DNA of 64,000 nt from Octopus vulgaris. Its lineage: Eukaryota. Positions within the stretch are counted from its first letter, which is position 1, and the number at the start of each line of letters is the position of its first letter. Of this stretch, positions 13,354-25,919 are shown one piece after another. The notes under the pieces are model-generated. The model was not told where the DNA came from and did not search any database. It was given only the letters and a program-made list of their open reading frames with translations. The position numbers and the translations under genes are program-made. Location: assembly GCA_951406725.2 (NCBI GenBank), contig OX597821.1:90396001-90460000 (forward strand), given 5' to 3'.

Positions 13354-13465
13354 CATACATACATACATACATACATACATACATGGATGGATGGATAGAT
13401 AGTTAGATATACATACGCATATATATATATAGAGAGAGAGAGAGATTGATAGATAGATATATACA

Positions 13466-13504
<39 letters not shown>

Positions 13505-13792
13505 GATGATATATATATATACGTATACATATATATACATATATATATATATATGTATATATATATATGTATATATATACGTATACATATATATACATAT
13601 ATATATATATATGTATATATATATTTATATATATATACATATATATATATGAATATATATATATATGTATATATATATGCATATATATATATATGTATGT
13701 ATACATACCCATAGATATATACATGTACATACATATATACAGAGAGACAGACAGACATAGAGAGGGGGAAATAGATAGATAGATAGATAGAT

Positions 13793-13823
<31 letters not shown>

Positions 13824-13840
13824 CATAGATACATAGATAC

Positions 13841-13917
<77 letters not shown>

Positions 13918-13918
13918 C
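13306..13918. repeat. Compound (AGAT)n/(ACAT)n/(AT)n microsatellite
   Basis: Direct inspection. Confidence 0.95.
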
Positions 13919-14546
13919 ATTTGTACGCTGATCAGTGGCATTCGAGTTGATAACTTGAATATGTATTCTTAGTATGCGCTTGCGGACTCAAATGTTAATG
14001 GGTTTTGTGTTCGTCTCTGGAAACAACTTCACTTTTACGATGACTATGTCTCATAGTATTATCGCTTCATTAGTTCTTCTAGATGACGAGACACATTTGG
14101 AAACACCTCTGTACTGGAATCCCTAATAGAAATAAATCGACTATTCAATGAGCACATAGTCGTCGTGAAGGAAAATCAGTTCTGTGACAAATACAACGAC
14201 GATTTGCATATTTACGCTCGAATTTGGTGGAACTTATTTACAATAAAGATGCCAGTCTCAGGGCATATATATATATATATAGATGTAGATATAGATATAG
14301 ATATAGATATAGATATAGACATATATTAGCGTGTGCTGTGTGCAGGTATGTATGTATATATATATATTTAAAATAATATTAATTAATTAATTTTATGTAT
14401 TGGCTTATGTTTTTCATTGTTTGATTTGCCTAATAGTGGTTTTATCTCTAATTTAATATAATATAATATAATATATTTTATTATAAAATTGGATTTAATC
14501 CTAAATCTGATTTTTCCCTGTAAGTTTGGATTTATTCCCTAATATT

Positions 14547-14618
<72 letters not shown>

Positions 14619-15601
14619 ATATTAGCGTGTGCTGTGTGCAGGTATGTATGTATATGTATGTATATATACGTGTATATATGTACATAATACACAACCATAC
14701 AGGAACGGGAACACCAAATTTAACATGGGGTGTAACTTTTGTTTGAGCGATAAACTGAGAATTTTTACTCAAGGTACCAATAATTTGTACAAGAGAGCTG
14801 GACTACTATATATGTTGTGTGTGTGTGTGTGTGTATATATATATGTTTGTGTGTGCGCGTGTGTATATACCGAACAGTTTCCTAAGGTTCTAAGCTAGGA
14901 TTCGAAACAAGTTCTTTTCCTCTTGTCCTTAGCTTTTGCATTTATAAATTTATGAGTCAGCTGTCACACTTAGTTAAGTTTTATTGTCTAAGTTAACATT
15001 CTTAGGATTCAGCCAGATCAGAAACGGACAACTTTTTGTCCTCCTTGATCTCATTTAGTTAGAAGAAATATAAATACAGACTAGAAAATCTGTTGTATGT
15101 CTTTGGCCACTTTTTGCGCCTAACCGAAGTGCAACTATTTCTCTCCCTTCGGTTATGGATTGTCATCTTGATGACAACTTTCATTCGATATAGTTGTCAA
15201 CCTAGAGAGCTAGATTCTTTTACTATTTCTCTCTTATTTTCCTACCAGTCTTTTAGCAGTCAACAAAGATGAATTTCGTTAACTATTGACTTGATAACAG
15301 CAAAGCAAATTATTTTTGTGTAACAACAGCAATTAATGATATTTCTCTTCTTGTCATTTTAATCGCTACAAACAATACACACAAACACGCACACATATAC
15401 ACACATACGCGTATGTAAGAGGTTGGTTTTACAAGTATTTAATAATTTAGTTCAGTTTCAAATTTCTCAATGTTTCTTGGGCGCACAGAACACATATCCA
15501 TTATCTGGTATTCGGAGCAGGAGACTGTCTCCGTACATCTGACGAGGTGAATGAGTCCTATGCGCCCATGTCACATTATGTGGATCTTATACGTGTGTGT
15601 G

Positions 15602-15654
<53 letters not shown>

Positions 15655-15671
15655 GTTTGTTTGTTTGCAAA

Positions 15672-15850
15672 TCTTATACAAAAATGGCAATTTCTGTCTA
15701 TCTATCTGTCTGTTACCATCTTGCTGCCTACACCAGTGAGCTAATCGTGACGAAACTTTGCATGCATGTTAAACTAACAGCCAGTTGAATTATAGGTAAA
15801 TTGGATTTCAATAAATATCTATAATAGGGCTCCTAGGTGGACTGGGATAT
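15672..15850 (+). mobile_element. Possible Helitron 5' terminal fragment
   Basis: A|TCTTATACAAAAATGGCAATTTCTGTCTATCTATCTGTCTG resembles the Helitron 5' end at 32362; no matching 3' CTAG end found. Confidence 0.35.
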
Positions 15851-16080
15851 TATTTGATAATGTGAGAAGGGGGCAAGAGTGTTAGCATGAGGGAAATATG
15901 GTGACATAGGCAGTATTGCTGATATCAGAGAAGGGGAGAACAAAGGTGTGTAAGCGACAACACGGAGCGGCAGTGGGACGGTAACGTTAATACAGCTGTC
16001 ATTAAGTTATATAGGCGCGACGCTGCATACACACTTTCGTAAATACATAAATACATTCATACATACACACACACTCAATG

Positions 16081-16118
<38 letters not shown>

Positions 16119-16898
16119 GACATACACATAAGTAACTTTTAAAACGCTGAGGAAGGGAATGAAAGGAGAGTGTGAGGAATACGTAGTTTTAATGAGAGAA
16201 GGGGTAAGTTGGCAATAATTGTTCACAGGTGGCTTTTCTGCAATCTATCGCTACGAAACACTCACTCACACACATATATACAAATATATATACATATATA
16301 CATACATATGTCTACTATATTCCATTTTAAACTCGCGATTACCAGTGTGTACGTTTGTAAATGTGTGTGTGACGGCGCGTGTATGAGTGACATCCTATGA
16401 CTGTCTGTCCCTCTACTTTTGTTGGGTCTTCTCTGTTGCTGTCACATATTGTGAAATGTTAAAACTACTTCAAAATTTCCAAATTTGGTATTTTGAGATA
16501 GGTTTTCCACGTTAAATCCGAGGTTGTTATTTAATTGTTCCAGAAAAAATTGCAGAAATATGTTACTGACGTTTCAATTTTAATCCATTTTACCTAATCA
16601 GAAAACAGGGTTTACAAGCTGGCATTTTGTGCATAATAGCTGTCTATCACTAAATGAAAGCAAAATCATTACTGAGTGGAAATTCTATTAAACAAATGAA
16701 AACAAAGAATTACGACGACTAAAGTTGTAAGAACTTATGAAGTTTTACTAAGTTTTAATGAATGTGAAACGGTCGAACATGGCGTCTAAATAATTTCAAA
16801 AGTCCTCAGCGACGACTTTTGGCGAAGAATTGCAAAAAAGTGTCCTGATCAAGAGGCCTATCTGTCAGATAGCATATATATATAGTTCCAGTTCCAGG

Positions 16899-16948
<50 letters not shown>

Positions 16949-16954
16949 TATTTA

Positions 16955-17226
16955 AAATCATAATTAGGGGAATCTAACAGATACCAGCATGCTAGATATA
17001 GCAATCAAAACTTGACTAAAAAACATACATATTCATACAGCAGCAGGAGGGAAGACAAAGAGACAAAATAAACTAGCAAAATAAACAAAGAGATGAAATA
17101 AATTAACAAAATAAACTGTTTTCTCTCCCGGTGCTGTATGAATATTTGATGTGGTTTTAGAGTCAATTTTTGACTGCTATATCTAGCTTGCTGGTATCTT
17201 ATAGTTACCCTTAATTATAATTTTAA
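16955..17226. repeat. Imperfect inverted repeat, arms about 100 bp
   Basis: agataccagcatgctagatatagcaatcaaaa...atattcatacagca versus tgctgtatgaatat...ttttgactgctatatctagcttgctggtatct. Confidence 0.85.
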
Positions 17227-17309
17227 TAATAATTATTACCTATGAGGTTTTTATTCTGACGCTAGTCACTTGATATGATTGGTATTTTAAATAACGATCA
17301 TATCTTTTT

Positions 17310-17340
<31 letters not shown>

Positions 17341-17372
17341 AATTCTTTTTTATCCTGGTCAAGGCCGATTTA

Positions 17373-17435
17373 TGGGGTTACCCTGGGTTTCCCGTCAATA
17401 AACGGTTTAACTTTGTGGCGTATCGTCAGACCCCA
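17373..17435 (-). ncRNA. Type I hammerhead ribozyme candidate in the Penelope-like 3' repeat
   Basis: TGGGGT-CTGACGA-[31 nt]-GAAA-CC-CAG-GGT-A-ACCCCA: intact core, 6-bp stem I, 3-bp stem III, GUA triplet; stem II irregular. Confidence 0.65.
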
Positions 17436-17779
17436 AGACCTGTTGGCCTGTGACATCTTTAAAATATAGAAGGGAAATCTGGATTATCTCCCTTTGCCAA
17501 TGGCTCGAGTGAGTCCCTTAGGATTCTCATGCATTCCGCTATGCACAGCTTGCAGTGTTTCGTCCTGTAGATGTAGGGGCCTGGGTGTTCGAGGATTTTC
17601 CGTGAGATCGAGTGTGGAACTCTGCCAACAGTGGTTGGCCAGCGATGTTACATATCTCCTTTCTGGGACTCTGAAAGAGAGTCGATGATTGTAAACACGC
17701 TTCTTAAATAAATTTCCCGTACAACTAATATATTTCCGTGGGCGTGAGATGTCGGTGCTGTACCTATTATTGCTGCTGT

Positions 17780-17811
<32 letters not shown>

Positions 17812-18075
17812 CTGTTGATCTAGATGTAGCAGCCGATGCCGTTGCTGTCGCCAATATTGTTGGCATTGGTGGTGGTGGTGCTGCTGCTGGTTCTGTTAAT
17901 GCTGCTGATGATGTTATTGTTGCTGTTGATGTTGTTGCCGTCGTTGCTCTTGTTGTCGCAGTTGATGTTTTTGATGCTGTTGATGCTGATGCTGCTGCTG
18001 CCGATTACGCTGGAACTGGGCCTGCTGGTGTTGGCGGTGGTGCCGTTGGAGGTGGTGGTTGAGTCGGTATTGTTA

Positions 18076-18307
18076 AGGCGGCGAGCTGACAGAAACGCTA
18101 GCACGCCGGGCGAAATACTTAGCATCATTTCGTCTGCCTCTACGTTCTGAGTTCAAATTCCGCCGAGGTTGACTTTGCTTTTCATCCTTTCGGGGTCGAT
18201 AAATAAAGTACCAGTTACGCTCTGGGGTCGATGTAATCGACTTAATCCCTTTGTCTGTCCTTTTTTGTCCCCTCTGTGTATAGCCCCTTGTGGGTAATAA
18301 AGAAATA
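18076..18307 (+). mobile_element. SINE-A with a 10-bp TSD, inside a (GCT/GTT)n tract that interrupts the Penelope-like element
   Basis: GGTATTGTTA at 18066-18075 and 18308-18317. Confidence 0.92.
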
Positions 18308-19877
18308 GGTATTGTTACCGCCCCCGTATGTGTTTCCGGTAAAGCACCTGTTTATATTGTTACTAATACTGTCAATGTTGTTGATGTCATCGCTGATGTT
18401 GTTGCTGCTGGCGTCGTCATCGACGGTGCTGTTGCTGCAGCTGGGGCTGTTGGCGTTGGTGAAGGTAGGAGTGCCATTGGTAATACTATCGCCGTTGCTG
18501 GTTATGGAGGCGTTGCTACTACTGCCAGAAGTGTCATTAGTTGGGATTATACCGGTGCATCTACTAGGGCCGCTGCTGCTGTTGTTAGTGTTGTTGCCGA
18601 CATATTTGGTGTCGGCACTGGGTCCGTTACTGCTGCTACAATCGGTCCTATCTAGTGTGTGGTTGCTTGCTCCCCTAGAGATGACCAGGGCGTCATCTCT
18701 GTAAAGGCCAAAGAGGACAGAGGGGAACTTTTTCTAAGGGTATCCAGGATGTACAATCCTATGAGGTCGCACACCTCAGCACGGTCGTAGGTTCCCAAAG
18801 CAACGTCAAAGGAACCCGTGAGGTCGGATTGCTTGACCTATACCAAATTTTTCCTAAACAGTACTTTTTTCCTAGTATGCATAGCAATTTCTTCATCTCA
18901 GCCCCAAACGCTAGTGAAGCCCCTAGCGAAAGAAAGCGCTTTGGTCAGTAACCCTTTTGATGTAGACAGGCAAAAATCGACTGTATCAAGCTGGGTGAAC
19001 CTTGCCTTCTTGTTAACGTTAAACAATGCAGTCACTTCCATGATGCTGCATCACAAGGAAAGGTTGGTGGCCCTTCTCACGTCATTGTTGATATCTATCA
19101 ATATATATTTGCTTGACAGACCGATCTCGGATTTGGTCAGATTGATCAGGCAGCACTTAGGGGGGAAGGCAAAGTTCGGTTTGTTGTCTTTTATGGTGAT
19201 AAAAGCGTTTCTTTTAGCCAGAATTTCTACACCATCTGGTATTTCTAGTTCGTTAGCTAATATTTTGGCTTCACTATTGATGTACCTATATGTGTGGGGG
19301 GGGCGCCTATATGTGTGTGTGGGGGGAGTGCCTATATGTGTGTACGATATTATTTCCTAGTAGCCTATCGTATTCTAGGGTGTCTAACCTATATAAGTTC
19401 TTCGCCTTATCGGAGAAAATTAGGGACCTATCTGAGTTTTTAAAACTCTAATATTGGTCCGGAGCTTAAATTGGAAGGAGGAAAAGGACTTACAGAACTT
19501 TAGTTTGGGGATGATTCCCAGCAGGTCCGCTTCGAAAGGCTCGAGGTCCTTCATTCTGGGCGGGTGTTTTCTCGATTTAATGCAGTAGTTATTCCCCCCA
19601 CCAGTGATGGTGCGGTTGGGTCGTAATGGAAAGCCGCCTTCCAACTTAAATGGCCAAATCACATCCATTCGAGCCATGTTTGCATTTTAAAAGATTTCTT
19701 CATGGCTTCTGGGAACTGCCGAAAGTTGATAGCTAACGGGAAAGGGAGATAATCGCCTATTGTTTACCCTCACAGCTGAACGATGGCAGAACGACCGGAA
19801 GTCGATAGCCATTGGCAAAGTGAGATAATTCAGACTCCCCCACCATATTTTAAAGAGGTCACTGGCCAACAGGTCTT

Positions 19878-19940
19878 GGGGGTCTGAGGATACGCCATAA
19901 AGTTAAACCGTTTATTGACGGGAAACCTAGGGTAACTCCA
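19878..19940 (+). ncRNA. Second hammerhead ribozyme candidate (inverted copy)
   Basis: GGGGGT-CTGAGGA-[31 nt]-GAAA-CC-TAG-GGT-A-ACTCCA. Confidence 0.6.
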
Positions 19941-20016
19941 TAAATTGGCCCTCACCAGGAAAAAATATAGATTGCTCTACTTCTTAAAGTGTGCTTCTCC
20001 GGATTTATATTTTTCT

Positions 20017-20075
<59 letters not shown>

Positions 20076-20410
20076 AAGTATGTATACATGCACACACAAA
20101 TATACATATATTCGCACCTGGAATTATAACGCGAAAATTTGGCATAGAAAAGTATATGGTATGAAAGTGCCAGGTGTTTTTCTAGTGCAAGATTGCATAA
20201 ATGCATTAAAAATATAATAAAATGTAAAACTCACTAAAATGCAAAACAATATATGCTGTATAAATCTATTTAATATGTCAGTATTTCTATGTATTGTGCC
20301 GTAGCACACTTTTTACTCTACTGATTGCAGTGACATACAACACGTCGCAACTGCCAAATCTGATTTCAATAACACATTATACTGTATTTGCATATGTATG
20401 TATGTATATA

Positions 20411-20480
<70 letters not shown>

Positions 20481-20517
20481 TATAGATAGATAGATATACA
20501 TATACATACATATATAA

Positions 20518-20569
<52 letters not shown>

Positions 20570-20834
20570 TATATGTATGTATATATGTATGTATGAATGT
20601 TTTAATTTATGTGTGCATAGCTACATTTATAAATATACATGCATACACACGCAATTACATTTATGTGAACGCACATATATGTGTGCGTGGGATGAATGTT
20701 TGAATATATATTTATATCCATACAAAACATATATATATATATACGTATACAAATATGTACATGCATATACGCCCACACACCCATATGTATGTATCTCCAC
20801 ACATATATAGATATGCTAATATTTATTACTAGTA

Positions 20835-21220
20835 GGCTTTACGTCTTCAGTTCAAATTCCGCTGAGGTCGACTATGCCTTTCATCTTTTCGGGGTATATA
20901 AATTAAATGCCAGCTGCGTACTGGGGTTGATGTAATCGATTGCCCCTCCACCAAAAAAAAAAAAAAATTCGGGCCTTGTGCCTAGAGTAGGAAAGAATAT
21001 TACTAGTATGCTAAGCGGCGTGCTGGCAGAATCGTTAGCACGTCGGAAAAAATGCTTCACTGCATCTCTTCCGACTTTGCATTCTGAGTTCAAATTCCAC
21101 CGAGGTCATCTACTTTTCATCCTCAGTGTCAATAAAATAAGTACCAGTTGAGCATCAAGACCAGTGTAAACGACCTACCCTCTCTCACCGAACTGCTGCC
21201 TTGTGCCAAAATTTGAAGCC
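20835..21220 (+). mobile_element. Two tandem diverged SINE-A-family copies with the alternative tail
   Basis: gttcaaattccg/cc..gaggtc B-box region and ccttgtgcc tails. Confidence 0.75.
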
Positions 21221-21684
21221 AAAATTACCAGTAGGTGTTAAACGTAAACGACAAACGTTTACGTTTATAAATAAACATTCAATTCAATTAAATTTATTTT
21301 CGACAACTAATATTTGTATGCTAGAAAGTGTTTTGCATCATTAATAAAGTCACACAGTGAATTTCATCATTGAAACTGTGATAAATATGAAAATATAATA
21401 TGAACTAAGCGTTATACAGCCTACGCTATCAAATAGCGATGATATTGATACGTAAAAAGATTGAATATTATATTAATACATGGTAGCAAACGTACTAATT
21501 TCTATATACAAAGAGTGGTTTTGGTGTAATGTTTCACAAAGTCGCTTATATTATGATAGATACGTGGTTCGATTTCCGTGAGTGTTTTCTGGCTGTTTAA
21601 TTCAACTGGGGTCGGACAAGCCTAATTGTAATTTTAGTTTGCGTGTATGTTTGTGCATATATACATGTGTGTATACAATTTTAA

Positions 21685-21741
<57 letters not shown>

Positions 21742-21746
21742 ATATA

Positions 21747-21786
<40 letters not shown>

Positions 21787-21799
21787 TTTATATGATGCC

Positions 21800-21998
21800 A
21801 TGATAGTTCGTTAGCCACTACACACATTTTATTCTCTCCTTGTTTCTCTCCTTGTTTTTTCTGTGTCCCTTTCTGTAGAAGAGCGTAGGCTCGAAACGTA
21901 AAAGACTTTTTCTATTCCTGAGCGTTATACTAATACATCTGTTTGTTTTGTACACCACCTGTCTTCGTATTTTGTCTTTTTTTTCATAAACTCTCCCT
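21800..21998 (+). mobile_element. Probable Penelope-like terminal-repeat fragment containing a minimal hammerhead-like motif
   Basis: CTTT-CTGTAGA-A-GAGC-GTAG-GCTC-GAAAC-GTA-AAAG at 21869-21904; flanked by (TA)n. Confidence 0.55.
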
Positions 21999-22488
21999 AT
22001 ATATATATATATATACATACACACACGCGCGCATATATATACAAATTCTATATATTATATAATATACATCTACTTACATACGCGCACTTAATTCTTGTCA
22101 CACTTTTAAAGCTAAATAGAATGCAAGCAAATTTGCTGCTGAATCTTGCCAAACATAACATCAGTCAGTGCACGTGTGATAATATATTCGCGTGTGTATA
22201 TATTAATGTGTGTGTGTGAGAGAGAGTGTATACGCGTGTATATGCGTGTATGCGTGTGTGGTTGTTTGACTGTGTGTAATTTCCGTCAACAGATATTAAA
22301 ATTTTACATATGCTCTCTCACTCAGTCACTTATATAGAAACATACATAGACATATATATGCCAGTATGAAGCTTGAGGTTTCTGTTATCTAATATGGGAT
22401 ATCGACTACCTGTTCGCAATAGGCTTCTATTTTCTGGCAATTCCTCTACTTATAGCCGTCTCTTCCTTCTTCAATAATTCCTCCAGCA

Positions 22489-22915
22489 GGGCGGCGAGCT
22501 GGCAGAAATGTTATCACGCCGGGCGAAATGCGTATCCGTATTTTCGTCTGCCGTTACATTCTGACTTCAAATTCCGTCGAGGTCGACATTGCCTTTTATC
22601 CTTTCGGGGCCGATTAAATAAGTACTAGTTACGCACTGGGGTAGATATGATCGACTTAATCCGTTTGTCTGTCCTTGTTTGTCCCCTCTGTGTATAGCCC
22701 CTTGTGGGCAGTAAAGAAATAAGAAACGTTAGCACGCCGGGCGAAATGCTTCGCTGTATTTCGTCTGTCTTTACGTTCTAAGTTTAAATTCCGCCGAGGT
22801 CGACTTTGCCTTTCATTCTTTCGGGGTCGATAAATTAAGTACCATTTGCGTATTGGCGTCGATATAATCGACCGGCCCCTCTCGAAAAATTTCAGGCCTG
22901 GTGCCTACAGTAGGA
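22489..22915 (+). mobile_element. SINE-A dimer
   Basis: Junction aaagaaata|agaaacgttagcacg at about 22721. Confidence 0.9.
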
Positions 22916-23547
22916 AAAAATAATCCCCCCAGTCAGTCATTTTTTTGAAAGGGAACATTGCAATCAACTGATATGTTAAAAATAGTGGTTAAATTCCTTC
23001 CAATCACACCACGCTATATTTTTAAGACAACGCATTAAAAATACAGTTGTAGTTATTTTTAAACATCGGTATAGCCACTGTCAGAATTTCTTTGAATTAC
23101 TACATCAAGAGTACTGCATTTCGTCATCCCACCTTGCCCGTTAAACGAAAACCACTTGCTAGCTTCATCAAGGACCTTAGAAGGATAGGCCCCAGATAAG
23201 ATATCGGATAAAAATGTAATATAGCGTTTCTTTAGCTCAGTTACTGGTGGTTAGTGATTCGACCAAAGAGTTATATTCTTTCATTCTTTTTCTTGTGTCA
23301 GCTGTTTGATTCTGACCGTGCTGACGCACATTCTTCTAGGGAAAAGTTTTGTTTGATTATTTATATGAATACCAGGAATTACTTTTGCAAACTAAGAACC
23401 ATGCATTTGGTTAGCTATTTGGATAGTAACTCTAAATTATTTTAAAATATTATATAGTAATAGAGACACATAAAGGCATGCACACTCACACACACACACA
23501 ATCGTTCACACGCACATGCACATATATATATTTGCGTGCGTGTGTTT

Positions 23548-23720
23548 TGGAGAACCGGCTGTAGCTTAGCAGATCGTTTCAATAAACATTTATGTAAAAT
23601 CCACATAAACATCATTATATCGCCCGTTTGCGGGCCACTTCAACTCATTCAGGCACACGGTTTCTCCAACCTCTCGCTACCAACGTGAACAATGTCTTAT
23701 CTTCTGCCTCAGTTGCTGCA
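23548..23720 (+). mobile_element. Penelope-like GIY-YIG endonuclease remnant
   Basis: Reads RTGCSLADRFNKHL...PFAGHFNS, similar to the GETGRxLxxRFxEH...PVAxHFN consensus. Confidence 0.5.
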
Positions 23721-24531
23721 TTTTCTCCACGACTATATCGAGTATGAATAATGTGATCGCGGAAATATTACTACATCAAGAGTACTGCATTTCGTCATCC
23801 CACCTTGCATCTCACTATAGTACATTACATTTATGCAGGCATCACACAGAGCTCATACACTATCCAATACATTTATATCTCTACATGATCTGAACACTCC
23901 CCATACAAACTGGCACATTGTACACACACGCACATCTGCAACTTACCCCCTGTTCACACGTTACTTCACACCTTACTATCACATCTAGATGTTCCACATC
24001 AGCCAATATACTTTGAATTTGGTTATGCTCTTGTACATATTGTATTCAAACTTCACTCAGGTCTATATCTGGTACATATCAATATTTGTATTCTGACAGT
24101 CATCATACATACATATATGTATGTATGAAGAATGTGGGAATATCCATATATGAATGTACTCTTGCTTTTATGGATATTCGCACGTGTGTATGTGTGCACG
24201 TGGGTTTGTGTATGGGCTAGATGCGTCAATAACGATTGTGTCAGTTCCTATTTGGAATGACATAATTCTAGATGGTTCAAAAGTCCTCAAATTACTCGTG
24301 AATTTCAATTTTGCGTGCTTTCTATTGCTCAACACCCTCCCTAATACAAATAATTTCTCAAATTATATTTAATGCATTTTATTGTCATACGAGCAGTAAC
24401 GTAGTTGTTTAGTTCCTACGAAGATTGGTGAGCACTCTTTACCTTGTCTTGCCATTGTTCCTTCATCATCTGCTTTTCAGTTTATAGTGGGTACAGCTTA
24501 TCATGTCACCAGTAACAGAGAAGTTAGTTAA

Positions 24532-24753
24532 AGGCGGCGAGCTGGTAGAAACGTTAGCACGTCGGGCGAAATATTTCGTCTGTCTTTACGTTCTTAGTTC
24601 GAATTCCGCCGAGGTCGACTTTGCCTTTCATCCTTTCGAGGTCGATTAAATAAGTACCAGTTAAGCACTGCGGTCGATATAATCGACTTAATCTTTTTGT
24701 CTGTCCTTGTTTGTCCCCTCTGTGTGTAGCCCCTTGTGGGCAGTAAACAAATA
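24532..24753 (+). mobile_element. SINE-A with a TSD of about 15 bp
   Basis: AGTAACAGAGAAGTT at 24511-24525 and AGTAATAGAGAAGTT at 24754-24768. Confidence 0.9.
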
Positions 24754-25649
24754 AGTAATAGAGAAGTTTGTCTGTCCCCTGCAAATACTAATTAGTAAGT
24801 CGTATGTACTACAAGTTAGCCCTGTTCATTCAAGCAAAGGTGACACGGAAGGTGAACAGAAATGTGAGTTATAACGAATAAAAGTAGAGCAATAGGTTGA
24901 AAGAATAAAATGATTGTATTATGTTAGAGATAGGAGTGAGAAAATATGAAGCGTAGTAAAGGAAGTAAAAGAAGAGACTACGATAAGAAGACTTTTTTTT
25001 TCTTTTTATTAAAGAGACTAAATAGTAAAAACACCATTATGGCACGATGAGAAGAAAAAAGAGTGATGCAGAAAAAATCGGGTGATGTTAGGAGAGGATA
25101 ATGGAGAGAGGATGTGAGAGATTGGGAGGTGGGTGTCAGTAAAGCATGATAGGAGGGAATTATATGAGAAGAGAGAAAGACTAGCGAAGAGTAATAAAGA
25201 TAGGTAATCAAAAACAAGTGCTAAAGATAGATGATGGGGCTGATGGCGATGATGATGATGATGGTAGTGATGGTGATGGTAGTGGTGGTGGTGGTGGTTA
25301 TGGTGGTGATAGACAAATGGTTAAAGGAGATTGGAATAGAATGCCCTGTAGAGATCTTAGAAAAAGTTTGTCTCTTACGAACAACAAGGACCATCAAGAG
25401 GGTTCTAGGAACATGAAATACTACAGAAAACTTGTAAAACGTTACCCCCATAAATACTACCAGGAATAAGACCGAATCTGAGTCAAACCAAAAGTAATAA
25501 TAATGATAATTTCATTTATATGCTACCAGGCCGAAGGATGAGGGGTGCAATACAAAACCAGGCATAAAGCGTTGGGGTTTACATATAATGAAACGATAAA
25601 ATAATTAAATAACAAAACAATGTAAGAGTACACGATATACAATGAAAAA

Positions 25650-25880
25650 AGGCGGCGAGCTGGCAGAAACGTTAGCACGCCGGGCGAAATGCTTAGCGGT
25701 ATTTCGTCTGCCGTTACGTTCTGAGTTCAAATTCCGCCGAGGTCGACTTTGCCTTTCATCCTTTCGGGGTCGATAAATTAAGTACCAGTTACGCACTGGG
25801 GTCGATGTAATCGACTTAATGCGTTTGTCTGTCCTTGTTTGTCCCCTCTATGTTTAGCCCCTTGTGGGTAATTAAGAAAT
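25650..25880 (+). mobile_element. SINE-A, consensus-like copy
   Basis: ggcggcgagctggcagaaacgttagc (A-box-like)...gagttcaaattcc (B-box)...aagaaata. Confidence 0.93.
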
Positions 25881-25919
25881 AGGTATACAAAGGATAAAAG
25901 AAAAAATAAATAAATAAAT

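Larger units (their letters stand above)
17350..19962 (-). mobile_element. Penelope-like retroelement (RT plus GIY-YIG), decayed, with inverted terminal repeats
   Basis: Minus strand: KSRKHPPRMKDLEPFEADL (about 19550), FSDKAKNLY, AFITIKDNKPNF..PKCCLINLTKSEIG, FDVALGTYDRAEVCDLIGLYIL, GLYRDD (about 18700), then endonuclease KYISCTGNLFKKRVYNH..SF..TSLANHCW..CKLCIAE (17510-17740). 17350-17505 is the reverse complement of about 19808-19962. Confidence 0.88.

Noticed and set aside
18818-19360. 180-aa plus-strand ORF
   Set aside because: It is the antisense shadow of the Penelope-like RT on the minus strand
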